NCBI GenBank assembly: GCA_002269645.1
Contig: NIVC01001140.1
Coordinates: forward strand, 97,529-161,528
DNA length: 64,000 nt
Reading direction: 5' to 3'
Origin: Macrostomum lignano
Taxonomy: Eukaryota
How positions within the stretch are numbered: the stretch's first letter is position 1; each line of letters starts with the position of its first letter. The position numbers were made by a program, and so were the translations under genes. The notes under the pieces are model-generated. The model saw nothing but the letters and a program-made list of their open reading frames with translations. It was not told the origin of the DNA and searched no databases. Below, in pieces: positions 10,073-20,516 of the stretch.

Positions 10073-12394
10073 CTAAAATACCTGTGGCCTGAGTCTGTTC
10101 AGTAACCACAGTAAGGCCCGATGATCGGATCGAACTTCAAACTTCTTGCCAATTAAATAATGACGGAAATGTCGCATAGCGTCCACAATTGCAAGCAGCT
10201 CTTTCTTCGTGACCGTGTAGCGCTTCTCAGGATCGCGAAGTTTACGGCTAAAGAATGCAATTGGACGTTCGACGCCGTCGGATTGCAGTTGTCCAAGACA
10301 AGCGCCTATTCGAATATCAGAGGCATCCGTGTCGAGGACAAACTTCACAGCAGGATCAGAATTAAATTCAGGCAGAGCGAGAACTTCAGTAGAACACAAT
10401 TTCTTCTTCAAAGTGTCGAACGCTACCTGATGCTCGGGAGTCCAATGCTGCCGCAGGCTGCCAATGTCCTTTCGCGTCAGGGCATGCAGCGGCGCAGCCA
10501 CTCCAGCGTAGCCGTCGACAAACTTGTGGTAGTAATTGGCGAGGCCTAGGAATTGTCTCAGTTGAGTAACGGACTGTGGCACGGGCCAATCACGGATCTG
10601 CGCAATCTTGTCCTCACAGGTCTTCAGGCCGTCGGGAGTCACGACGTGACCTAAATAATGCAGCTCCTTGAGGAACAAATGACACTTCTTCGGTTTCACT
10701 TTGAGGTTGGCTGCGATGATGCGCTGGAGTACAGTTCGCAAGTTATCCAGCTGTTCCTCGAAAGTCACTGAGTGCACCACGATGTCGTCCATGTAGCCAA
10801 GCGCAGTCTTTGGCGTCAGGCCGTCCAGGAGCTTATTGATGCAACGCTGAAAGCTGCCGGGACTATCGTGGAGACCCATCGGTAGAACGTTGAAACAGAA
10901 TTGGCCGCGGTCGATTACTGAGAATGCCGTCAAGTGCTGGTCGCAGTCGCGCAGCGGGATCTGCCAGAATCCTTGAGCAAGGTCCAAGCTAGAATACCAC
11001 TGAGCACCACGAAGCTTCGCGAAGGTTTCCTGGATGTGCGGGAGCGGATACGGGTGATACACACACCTGTCATTGAGAGCTCTGAAGTCGTGGACTAGTC
11101 GGATGTTGCCGTCCTTCTTGGGCACGATGAGCATTGGCGAATTGTAGCTCGAGTAGGCAGGGCGAATGATGTGCTTCGCCAGCATCTCGTCTAGCAGGGC
11201 GTCGAGTTTGTCCTTCAGATGAGGCGGGATTCGGCGCGGTGGTAGCGCGACTGGTGTCCGGTCCTTCAAGATGATCTCGTGGGTCACCAGGTGAGTCAGG
11301 CCGGCGTCTAGCGAGTGCTTGGAGAAGGCCGCTTGACATTCAACTAGTAGATCTCGCACTCTTTGATGTTGTTCTTTGGACAATTCGCTGTTGATCTCGA
11401 CTTCATCTAGCCATGCTGTGCTGGACTCTTCAGAGTTCTTCGGGAGGTGTCGCACTTCAGGTTCGGGCGTCTCGCTCAAGTACATCAGGTCGGCAGTTCG
11501 GAGTGGCGTCGCAACGCCAACACGGATACCGGCTTGCAGGAACACCTCGCTGTCGGCGGTGTTGACGACCTCAATGTAGCCGCGACCTTCAGGCATCGTC
11601 ATCAGAGCAGGCGCTGCTTCCAGAGCGTTGCAGCTGGGATGCAGCCTCGACTTAACCAGCTCGACAATTGATGGCGATCCTCGATTCTCAGGGTGGCCGT
11701 CATCCAGTCTGACGGCAAGCAGCGCTGAACTTCTAGGCGGCAGGGTGCACTTCTCGGAGGTGTACACTCGGCAGTTCTGAAGCTCACGACGTGAATAGCG
11801 AACGGGGATGCACGCGCCATTGTTAAACTTCAACATTCCTTGAGCGAAGTCCAAGTTCTGGCAGTGCTCTCGCATAAATGATACGCCAAGTAAATTTTCA
11901 CAATCGGAGACCGTAACGAGGAATTCGGTGTCCGCGACGACATCACCGAACTCCACCGGGATGGTCACCTTACAAGCGAGCGGGAGCTGCGTCCCGTCAT
12001 ACATAGTTACGCAATCGGGAATAGCATGCGATATAATACAACGAGGCATCCGGCGTCTAATAGCGGCCCAGGTTGACGAACCGAGGAAGTTTTTCCGGCT
12101 GCCGCTGTCTAGCAAGAAAGGGACTTCTCGACTCGCAACTCGACCTGTGACGTACGGATCGGCCTCACGCGCATGGATTTTTTGATTCGGGGAGGTGTCC
12201 ACGAAACCTCCACACTCCGCGTCACTTACTGACGAGCGACTGTCGGACTGGGCATTGGCGCCTGCACCGCCGACATCCTCTTCTTCTGGTGACCTCTCGG
12301 AGTCTGCCAAGTAGCCTGGGCTTGGACCTCGCGGAGGGCGGTGCCGTTGTCGCTCTCCGCCTGGCCGTTTCCCTGGTTCTGGCGTATCGGGCAC
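10073..12394 (-). CDS. Gypsy pol, 5' part: aspartic protease, reverse transcriptase, RNase H
   Basis: FLLDSGS (protease); VLPMGL and YMDD (RT); LDTDAS, KELLAIV and RSDHRAL (RNase H). A 1-nt frameshift precedes ...ATGILGRWIERLSEF...HANADALSR. Confidence 0.93.
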   Translation of the reverse strand: MPDTPEPGKRPGGERQRHRPPRGPSPGYLADSERSPEEEDVGGAGANAQSDSRSSVSDAECGGFVDTSPNQKIHAREADPYVTGRVASREVPFLLDSGSRKNFLGSSTWAAIRRRMPRCIISHAIPDCVTMYDGTQLPLACKVTIPVEFGDVVADTEFLVTVSDCENLLGVSFMREHCQNLDFAQGMLKFNNGACIPVRYSRRELQNCRVYTSEKCTLPPRSSALLAVRLDDGHPENRGSPSIVELVKSRLHPSCNALEAAPALMTMPEGRGYIEVVNTADSEVFLQAGIRVGVATPLRTADLMYLSETPEPEVRHLPKNSEESSTAWLDEVEINSELSKEQHQRVRDLLVECQAAFSKHSLDAGLTHLVTHEIILKDRTPVALPPRRIPPHLKDKLDALLDEMLAKHIIRPAYSSYNSPMLIVPKKDGNIRLVHDFRALNDRCVYHPYPLPHIQETFAKLRGAQWYSSLDLAQGFWQIPLRDCDQHLTAFSVIDRGQFCFNVLPMGLHDSPGSFQRCINKLLDGLTPKTALGYMDDIVVHSVTFEEQLDNLRTVLQRIIAANLKVKPKKCHLFLKELHYLGHVVTPDGLKTCEDKIAQIRDWPVPQSVTQLRQFLGLANYYHKFVDGYAGVAAPLHALTRKDIGSLRQHWTPEHQVAFDTLKKKLCSTEVLALPEFNSDPAVKFVLDTDASDIRIGACLGQLQSDGVERPIAFFSRKLRDPEKRYTVTKKELLAIVDAMRHFRHYLIGKKFEVRSDHRALLWLLNRLRPQVF

Positions 12395-13400
12395 TGGGTG
12401 TTGCGATGACCGGGCTGTCCGCAGCTATAGCAGATTATCGCTCTCTTTGGCGGACTGGCTACCTGCTGTTGGTCACGCTGCACCAGGTGATCAAGCATTC
12501 GCTGCTGTTTCTCAATCAAGTCGGTTAGAGTCAGCAAGGCTTGGGCGGTGACGTCGGGCTTCGGGTCGCCGTCCTCCTCCCCGTCCAACATCCTAACCGG
12601 GGGTTGAGCAGATCGGTGCGCCAATTCTTTGGCGCCTTCTAGTCGTCGTAGCTCTCGAATCGCAGCAAGAAGATTGTTCGGGCGAACCCAGTACAGCCGT
12701 TCGCGCAGATCTGGAGTCGTCCGGATACCAGCAAGAAATTAATCAGTAATCTCCTTCTCGCGGTCTTCAGGATGCATTCGAGGATATGCACGTTCACCCA
12801 GAGTTCTCAGGGCGTCAGCGAACTCTTCTGCTGACTCATTCTTGCCTTGTTGACGACGTCGCAACAGTTCTCGATACTCATCAGCACCACCATGACGGGC
12901 AAATCGCTCAATAAGACGCTGCTTGACCTCCTCGTAGCTGGCGAAACGCGGAAGATTCATACCAAGCAAGGAAGGATACGCAGTAGCCAAATCAAGACTC
13001 GCGATGAGGTGTTGCTTCATCTCGAACGGGTCGACGATGCGCTCCATCTCGCAACGCTGCTCGAACGCGGCAAGCCAGACGTGAATGTCCTGACTTGGAG
13101 TAAACTTCACAATTTTAACTTGTTTACTTACAGGCCGCTCCATCTGCTGCTGCAGAGCTGCCATCATGGTCCTGACGTCTTGGTGCGTGATGTTCCGGCC
13201 GATGTTGTCCAGGCCTTGCAGAAGCTCGTCTGGCGGGTCGTCGGACACGTCGCTTCTGGCACCTTGCCTCGGCGTTGGCTGCTGACCAAAGTCGTTGATC
13301 GCTGCTGCTGCTGCGGCGGCTTCTGCTGCCGCAGGCCTCGAACTGCTGATGTGCTGATCCAGCCGGCTGCTGCACCGGCTCTCGTCTCGCTCGTTGAACA
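12226..13400 (-). CDS. Gypsy gag with one premature stop (TAA at 12741-12739)
   Basis: Capsid-like helical region (WLAAFEQRC...YEEVKQRLIERF...RRRQQGKNESAEEFADALRTL), stop, then FLAGIR... and the CCHC knuckle CYSCGQPGHRNTQC. The start (MFNERD) is inferred. Confidence 0.85.
12367..12373 (-). other. Canonical -1 ribosomal frameshift heptamer G GGA AAC at the gag/pol overlap
   Basis: Minus strand CAG GGA AAC in the gag frame (NQGN). The pol ORF is open in the -1 frame from here (PGKRPGG). Located just after the CCHC knuckle. Confidence 0.8.
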
Positions 13401-13470
13401 TGTTGAACTCGTCGTAGTCGCTGGCCGATGTCGTTCTCGAAAGAGCGGTTGGCTTGGGTGTGTCGTAGTC

Positions 13471-13492
13471 GGATCCCACCGCTGCGTCACCA
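13471..13492 (-). other. Primer-binding site (tRNA-Leu type) 1 nt after the 5' LTR, carrying a 2-nt insertion
   Basis: Minus strand TGGTGACGCAGCGGTGGGATCC versus TGGTGGCAGCGGTGGGATTC, the complement of the eukaryotic tRNA-Leu 3' end ...GAATCCCACCGCTGCCA-CCA. Confidence 0.8.
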
Positions 13493-13493
13493 G

Positions 13494-14608
13494 TGAAATA
13501 GATAGCGTTTTTCTCGGGGTGGCCTGGTAGGTCTTTGAATCCCACCGCTGCCACCAGTGAAATAGATAGCGTTTTTCTCGGGGTGGCCTGGTAGGTCTTT
13601 GAATCCCACCGCTGCCACCAGTGTTGTACCTGTGGTTGTCCTGCTGTACAGCGCAGTGACTTGGGCTCCGTCCTCTCACTTAGAAGCCTTCTTAACTTTA
13701 GTAGCGTAGGTAGTGCTGCCACCAGTTCCTTCAGGTCTCGGCCTTCGGTGAGGTGAGCTTCCCGTCGGAACGAAATAATGAAGTCAACGAACACAGCACG
13801 ACGTGCAGATTTGCAGCTCAACGTATAAGGCGTCTCGTCAGCAGCACCTGCCGGGCTTGGATGGTACAGGGAGGGCTGAGTTAGCCTCTCGTAGACTTGG
13901 ATTGGTTTGGTCGGGTCTCAGTCGGAGCAATAGGAACAGAATCAATGTGCGCAAAGACTCGGACACTCGGGACTTAGTCACACGCGGACGTAGAACTCGA
14001 GGTTGAACAGAAGGAAGACTCCTTGACGGAAACAAGGGGGAGAGAGCTCCTATTTATAGCCGGGAAATTCCCACGCTCCAGACCTCGTGACTTGTTCTAT
14101 TTTTAGAACTGACGTCACTCGAGAGTCTTGGGCAGGGTACAAGCGCGCGGAAGACCTCGTGACTTGTTCTATTTTTAGAACTGACGTCACTTGAGGTCCC
14201 CGGCCAGAGTACACGCGGCTGTGACTCAGTTGCTATTTTTAGCAACATGAGTCACTCCTCTCCTTAGAGAAGGGAAGGGTCCGAAAGCACGTGACTCACC
14301 CGGTAAACAGGGCCAACGAGTGCAGTAAACATGTTTACTGCACTTTAAGACTCAAAGAACGCAAGAGCTGTCATGTGACTTGCTCACATGACAGAGGAAA
14401 ACAGGATGGGAGCGAAACAGAGACAGCCCACAGTCGAGAGACTGAGGGCTGAGAACGGAGACGCAACAGGGCGGAAAGGGCCACGGGGGGGCAACAGGCA
14501 AACGAAAAAGGGACGGGAAGCTGACCAGCGGCAGACAGCAACCCAAAGGGAGGGCAAGGGAGCGGCTGACAAGGGCGACGCCTAACAATAAACTAGCGGC
14601 TCACTACA
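13494..14608 (-). repeat. 5' LTR (about 1115 bp)
   Basis: TG...CA termini, TATA box (TATAAATAG) near 14058-14050, U3 with duplicated modules, PBS directly downstream, TSD at the outer edge. Confidence 0.78.
14050..14344 (-). promoter_or_regulatory. LTR U3 promoter/enhancer: TATA, kB site, 3 MEF2, 2 CRE, 3 AP-1, E-box, Fox-site palindrome
   Basis: GGGAAATTCCC 14062-72; CTATTTTTAG at 14097, 14169, 14233; TGACGTCA at 14110, 14182; TGACTCA/TGAGTCA at 14222, 14248, 14292; CACGTG at 14288; perfect 26-bp palindrome 14319-14344 with GTAAACA/TGTTTAC. Confidence 0.7.
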
Positions 14609-15249
14609 CTCAACAACTTTAATTTCGCTGCAAGCGACTATGATGTCCAAAGCTGGCGCGTCGTCAACTTAGACAAACTCGAAACCTGTTTTGGAAAGAG
14701 ATGTGCAGCGAGTGAATATCACTGCATTTAAAACTTTCTAGATACCGTATGAAGCTTACATATAGGAGCACAGCACGTACATTGCTGATCGGTTAGACCT
14801 GTTTCTTTTATTCCATTCTCTTAATGCAGTGTTCCCTAACTCCATTGATCGCTATTGATCATCTGCGCGCCTGCAGGAAATAGATCGAACAATTTTTCAG
14901 TGAGTACGATTAAATCAAAATAAATGCTGTATACATGGACCTGCAGTGGTTCCGAAATCGAAATAAACTTCCTCAGAAGCGTTTTTTTCAGTTTGAACTG
15001 ACCGCGTGCACCTGACCGACATACTCGTACTGTGCGTAACGCACACTAAATTTCTCCCCCTTCGGAATAGACTGTGAGTAAGAAAATTGATTAAAAAGAA
15101 ACTCTCGAAAGACTGAATCTGTGAATTAAATATTGAGGAAGTAAAATATTTTAATTAAATGCAAGAGCAAAAATACATGTATTTCAAAAACCCACAAGGC
15201 ATATTTTTAGAAAAAGAGTTAATTTCAGACAACTGGATTCACAAATTCA

Positions 15250-17350
15250 GTCCTTGTAGATGTTCACGCCACCCTGAAGAGCAGCGCGGGGGTGTGGGCA
15301 CAGCGCCAGGCGAGGGCTCGCCTCGTCTGGAGCTCTCGGTGCAGCGGTCTGCGTCTTGGGCGCCACAGCGTCGGCCAAGTTGGCTGACGACTTTGACCGC
15401 CGATCCAGGCGTAAGCGGCAGCGAGTTGCCGGCCACCCGCTGCATGCACCGTCGAGGCACCTCGAATGGCGCCTGCGTCTTGACGGCACAGACCCACCCT
15501 CGCAGCATCGAGTCGCCGACCTGGACGTTGTGCCGCGTGGCTGCACCCTTGCATGCTGCTTCATCAACGCCTTGGCGCCGGCATCCGCTTTTCTCAGCCG
15601 CTGCTCGTTGATGCCGACTCGCTGAGAGCTGGACGGGCAGCGGGGATTGCGTCGTTTGGCCGCCGACTCATCAGCAGCTCGGCTGGTGCGCGCATGATGG
15701 CCGTGTGCGGTGTATTCCTGTAGGCCAGCTGCAGTCACTCGTCCAGAGCGGCCCTCCAGTCCAGCCGCTCCTCGATGGCTGCTCACACGACTCTGTTGAT
15801 GGAGCGTGAGTCGCTCTATCATGCCGTTGGCCGGAGGTTAGTAGGGCATGATGAGGTGGTGCTTGATCCCGTAACTCGCCAGGAACCGTCCAAACTCTTT
15901 GGACGAGAAGGGCGGTCCATTATCTCTCAAGAGCTCTTGTGGGATCCCGAAGCCAGCAAACATCTCTCATAGGCGGGGTAATCAGTGCCTCGGCCGTCGT
16001 CGTCTGCATGATGCCTCTGGAAACCTCGAGTAGCGGTCCACGCACACCAGCAACATTTTGTTGTTGATGGGTCACACAAAGTCGGTGCTAATCGACAGCC
16101 AGGCTCCCGCGAGGAGGCGCGGCCCAAAGGCGATTACCGGGAGGCGTGGCCCGGAGGCTGGCGTGTGCGACTTGACGGCGTAGCTGCGGTTATATATCAG
16201 CTGACAAACTTCTCCGCTTGAGTTGCCATCCTCAGCCACCAGATCTTTATGCCGAATCTGGCGATCGTCTTCTAGGAGCCCTTGGTGATAGTGACCAGCT
16301 GGCACGACGATTCGCTGGTGCCGAATGAGGACTCCATCCACCGCGGACAGCTCCTCTTGCAGCGCGTGGAGGGACCCTATCTGGGCTCTGGAGCGATCTC
16401 AACGACCGCTTTGTGTCACCGCTACAGCCGCCCGGATGACTCTAGTCGACGCTCTTCCTGGTCAGGCGCCGCAGCGATTCCGCCACCTTGGCTAGCTGTG
16501 GCGTGAACACGGCGAGGTAATTCACGAGGCCCAGGAATGAGCGTTGGGGCTCCTTGAAGTCTTAAACGGCGGCAACCTTGCTTTCAAGCCGCATTCCCAT
16601 GAAATTTTCCCACCGAGTCTGCCAGGTGAATCGGACCTTCGAAGGCGCATGGCAGACCAGGCGGGCGTTGTCGGTGAGGTGGATGTTAGCAGGCGGTCCG
16701 TGAAGCAGCCAAAGTCGCTAAACACGCTGGCGTGCTTGAGCAGTTCTCTGACGATGTCCTCGACGTGTCCTTGGTGCACTCCGCTAGATCTCGCCGTTAG
16801 CCGTCGACGGCAGGCTCCGCATCAGCTATCTGCAGTACCTGCTGGCCGGCTGTCGGTGGTGGCCCGACCTGCAGGATGTCCATCCGAGTGGCCGTCTCCC
16901 TGTCAATTATGGTGATGCCTTTTCCTTCGACGATGTGAAACGTGGCGACTGCATGCCTGCCGGTCGAAAATGGGGACGGTCGTCGCCGTCTTGCCCAGCA
17001 GCTGCATGCCGGTCCGACCCGTACACGAACAGCCTGTCTGAGGTGGCCTACAGGCGCGGCCGCTGTCTCAGACTCTCGAACGTGGCCCGTTTGATCACAT
17101 TTGAGCCGCGCCGCTGTCAATCAACACCGACAGTCTGGAGCCGTTGATCTCCTGGGTGTGCCGACTTCTCGACCCCAAATATGCCGGCGTCCGGGTCGTC
17201 CACCTTCTTGTAGCTGGTCTCGTCTTGCAGCGTCGCGACGGCGTTGGAGTCGCTCTTCGGGGCGTCCTGCCTGGACCTGCAAGCTCACGCGAAGTGGTCG
17301 AGCTTCGCGCACTTTTTGCGGCTCTTGCCCTGCGCTGCTATGCAGGTGGG
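15250..17350 (-). pseudogene. Decayed, internally deleted Gypsy-type pol remnant
   Basis: Fragments FLGLVNYLAVFTPQLAKVAESLRRLTRK (RT connection), DGVLIRHQRIVVP and FGIPQELLRDNGPPFSSKEF...GIKHHLIMPY*PPANGMIER (integrase core), with many stops and frameshifts. Boundaries are approximate and no LTRs were identified. Confidence 0.8.
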
Positions 17351-17480
17351 GCGCCCCGGTGTTAGGGTTTCTGTTCTCCGGTGTTTGTTTTCTCCGGCCC
17401 GGAGATCCAACACGAAAAATCACGCGATTTTGCGATCGCCCGCACGGATATCAGGAGGTGGATGGAGAATGGTGGATGGA

Positions 17481-17499
17481 CCCTAACCCTAACCCTAAC
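17481..17499 (+). repeat. Short interstitial (CCCTAA)3 telomere-type repeat
   Basis: ccctaaccctaaccctaac. Confidence 0.7.
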
Positions 17500-18589
17500 T
17501 CTCCGGAGTATTATCTTAGAAAAAAAGAGCTATATAATTTTTTTCTGATTTTAGAAGCCCAGGATGTGAGCAGCCTAGCTTGCGCAACATTCTTCGATAA
17601 GTTCATCTATCTAGTACATAGTACATTCACATGTCCTGTGAGGGCTAAATTTAGGGTTGGTCAGACTTGTGCATCATTTTTCGTTTCTTAGTGATTTGAT
17701 TGTCATATAAGCAGTGAAATAAAAAGTAAGATGAGCAAAGAGAAAATATGCGACAGCGTCATTTGGTTTCGGCTGCTGGAGCTCAAGAAATCTTAGAAAT
17801 TAGTCATGCGACGAACACTAGTTTTTTTTTCTCGTAAGCTTCGAGATGCGAATTTCAGGGCAAAATATTTGGCTTTTTCTTTTCCATAGAGCATTTATTC
17901 TAAACGATGCTTCAGTACAGGCTATTCATTGTTACTGTGACCTGGTCATAACCTGGTCATACGAAAAACCTATCGCAGACGTACAGGTACAGATGCCACA
18001 GGTTCTGTGCCCATCGCATCAGATAAATAGAGTCAAAAGACGAAATAATACAAAAAAGTTTTCAAATAGTAATTCTGAGTCTTGGTATTCAATAGTGTTT
18101 CTTGATGTCATGTTAATATTAGAGGCCTTTTTGAAAATGTATACAAAAGGTATATACTAAAGATGTGACCTACAAAGCTTAATTAATACAATACTTGTAG
18201 ATTTATTAAATAAGATATATCTGCAGAGATTTCAAAACAGTACTATAAGCAAGGCGGAAATATAAATAAATATTTTAGATAAAAGAGCCGTGAACCAAAT
18301 ACGAAAAACACTCTGAAAAAAGATCTGCATTCAATGATAGGAATCTTTCCATGCCCGCTGTATAGAGAGGGCCCAAACAAAAAATTATAAAATTCTTTTA
18401 GCTACCTCAAACTGTAGGTGAACTGTTAATGGTATCCAATATACCTGTAAAAATATTTAAACATTTTTTCGTATCACTACGGTGCAGAAAAAGAAGCTTT
18501 TAAATCGGTTTTAGGCAATTAAAAAACCGCCACCACTATTCGCGCTATCAAATTCCTCATCATAGTGGCATTGGATAACTTGTTTGTCA

Positions 18590-20101
18590 TCAAGCTCTGT
18601 AACTGAAGATTATCTTGTGGGCCGCCGGAGTCCTGATTGAGTTGCCCTTGAATATCTCTGGGTCCTCCGTGAGGTCCCACAGGGTGCGGCTGTCCTGGGG
18701 ATCCAGGCTGAAGCGGTAGCGCTGCATGAGAGCAGAAAAGAAGACGAACAACTCCATCCTCGCTAGGCTTTCGCCGAGGCAAGCCCGTCTGCCCAAGCCG
18801 AAAGTGGCCAGGTGAGGACACGGCACAAACTGGTTGTCCTTTAAGTGCCGCTCCGGAAGGAACTTAGTAGGCTCCGGGAACAGCTCGGGATCGTGATGGA
18901 TGGAGTACACATTGAATGCACAGATACTGTCAGCTTTCAGTGGAACTCCGGACACAGTGATATCTGAGGTGATTCGGTGCAAGACCCCCAATGGCACTAA
19001 AGAGGCTCTCCGATGGACCTCTTCGATGGCTGCTTGGGTGTAGTGCAGCACGGACCTGTCTTGCATTGTCGGCAGCCTCTCGCGACCAATTTTCTCGACG
19101 ATCTCTTCGTACACTTTGTCGGCTACGTCGGGATTTTCGATCATAAAGAGGATGGCCCAGCGCAAAGTGTTTGCTGTCGTGTCCGTGCCCGCTAGGAACA
19201 GCTCCGTCACTGCCATGGCCAGTCGTGTGTCGTTGAACAGCTCCGGCCGGATGTTCTGATGCTGCAGGTGTGCCTCTATGTAGTCCTTGGCGCGGTCCAC
19301 CTTCTCCATCTCGGCCGCGTGCTTGTCCCGCTGCTGGCAGCAGTAGTCGTGCAGCTTTTTGAAGTTTGCCAGCGTCACAGAAGTGCTTGGTAGGAGCTTC
19401 AGCAGCGGTAGCAGCATCGGAAGTCTGTCAACCACCGCCAAGACAGACAGTACAACACTCTGTGTGATGTTCGAGCTGCCAGCCTGAGAGATTTTGTGAA
19501 ACACATCGAGCAGCTCGTGGAAATACGGATCTTCGGAGGCCAGGCGTGAACCGAACACGAGCTGGCAGATGATGTTGCTGGCGGCGGAGCTCATGAGGAC
19601 GGTTGTGTCCATGGGAGCTCCGGCGGCTGCTTCAATTGAGCGGTGCAGGTGGTCGGTCTCAACAGCGATGATTTCTTCGGCTCCGCGCCGCCCGAAGCCG
19701 AAGTCACGGAGCGTCTTCAGAGTAAATCGGCGGTACTCCCGCCAAATCTCCCCGTCAGACATGACAATGCCACCGATGTCGCCGAAGACACTGGCTGCAA
19801 GTGTCTGGCTCTGCCGGCCGCTCAGCTGCTCTGCATTGTCCACCATTGCTTCTTTGAAGGCCGACCATCTGTTAAACACGTAGACACACTGCGTGCCAAA
19901 GTAGACGCGAACAATTGGCTCTGTGCCAAATCGCTCGTAGAGGGACAGGTACATGGGCTCCGGCAGGTGGCGCAGACTTCCGATCATGGGGTACCTGCCA
20001 ACCGATGGCGCATCCTTGCCGTTGAAGCGCTTGCTGCTGAACCAGTAGAAGCCCAGAGCCGCCGCACCGCCAGCGATCGCCAGAGTTGTTGCCGTGGCCA
20101 T
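18590..20101 (-). CDS. Cytochrome P450, clan 2 (CYP2-like), single exon, 503 aa
   Basis: N-terminal anchor, WREYR (WxxxR), I-helix LFLAGTDTT, EEVHR (ExxR), FLPERH and heme loop FGLGRRACLGESLARMELF. Uninterrupted ORF. Confidence 0.95.
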   Translation of the reverse strand: MATATTLAIAGGAAALGFYWFSSKRFNGKDAPSVGRYPMIGSLRHLPEPMYLSLYERFGTEPIVRVYFGTQCVYVFNRWSAFKEAMVDNAEQLSGRQSQTLAASVFGDIGGIVMSDGEIWREYRRFTLKTLRDFGFGRRGAEEIIAVETDHLHRSIEAAAGAPMDTTVLMSSAASNIICQLVFGSRLASEDPYFHELLDVFHKISQAGSSNITQSVVLSVLAVVDRLPMLLPLLKLLPSTSVTLANFKKLHDYCCQQRDKHAAEMEKVDRAKDYIEAHLQHQNIRPELFNDTRLAMAVTELFLAGTDTTANTLRWAILFMIENPDVADKVYEEIVEKIGRERLPTMQDRSVLHYTQAAIEEVHRRASLVPLGVLHRITSDITVSGVPLKADSICAFNVYSIHHDPELFPEPTKFLPERHLKDNQFVPCPHLATFGLGRRACLGESLARMELFVFFSALMQRYRFSLDPQDSRTLWDLTEDPEIFKGNSIRTPAAHKIIFSYRA

Positions 20102-20176
20102 TTTGTGTTCCAGTTGTACCTTGGCAAAAGAGTGCAGTGAACTGGCATAAGCTGAGCTAGAAGAATTCCTTGCGTC

Positions 20177-20184
20177 TATTTATA
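20177..20184 (-). promoter_or_regulatory. TATA box of the P450 gene
   Basis: TATAAATA on the minus strand about 76 bp upstream of the ATG. Confidence 0.55.
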
Positions 20185-20516
20185 GCCAGTTCGTCAGTCC
20201 GGTTTGAGGTGGCTGGCTGAGTGCAACTCCTTTCAAATTTTCCGTCACCGACTGCTCTTCAGAAAGCAAGAGCTGCTAAACTCGTCTGAAAACAAGGCGA
20301 CGCGCGACTCCATCCAAAGTTTTTTTTTTCATTTACGCTCGTAGAAGCTGCGCTCTCTTTCAAATGAAGGTTAGTTACAATGGCCTGCAGGCTAGCCAAA
20401 AACAAGAAAGGCTGTCAACTCACCACCTCTACTCTACAACTGGCCACGCCGTCGGGTAGACAGCCCACTCTTTCATTTCAAGTTCATCGTTCTGTGACAA
20501 TTAAATGTAGTTTTAA

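Larger units (their letters stand above)
6396..14608 (-). mobile_element. Ty3/Gypsy LTR retrotransposon, about 8.2 kb, recently inserted but defective
   Basis: Order gag-PR-RT-RH-IN. Termini TGTAG... (14608) and ...TTTCA (6396), with candidate 4-bp TSD CTCA at 6392-6395 and 14609-14612. A 249-bp terminal direct repeat (6396-6644 vs 13494-13742) appears to differ at 1 position. tRNA-Leu-type PBS at 13492-13471. Confidence 0.92.

Noticed and set aside
12847-13530. 227-aa plus-strand ORF and other long antisense ORFs over gag, pol, CYP, ZER1 and ACSL
   Set aside because: Shadow ORFs expected opposite GC-rich coding sequence, with no recognisable motifs.
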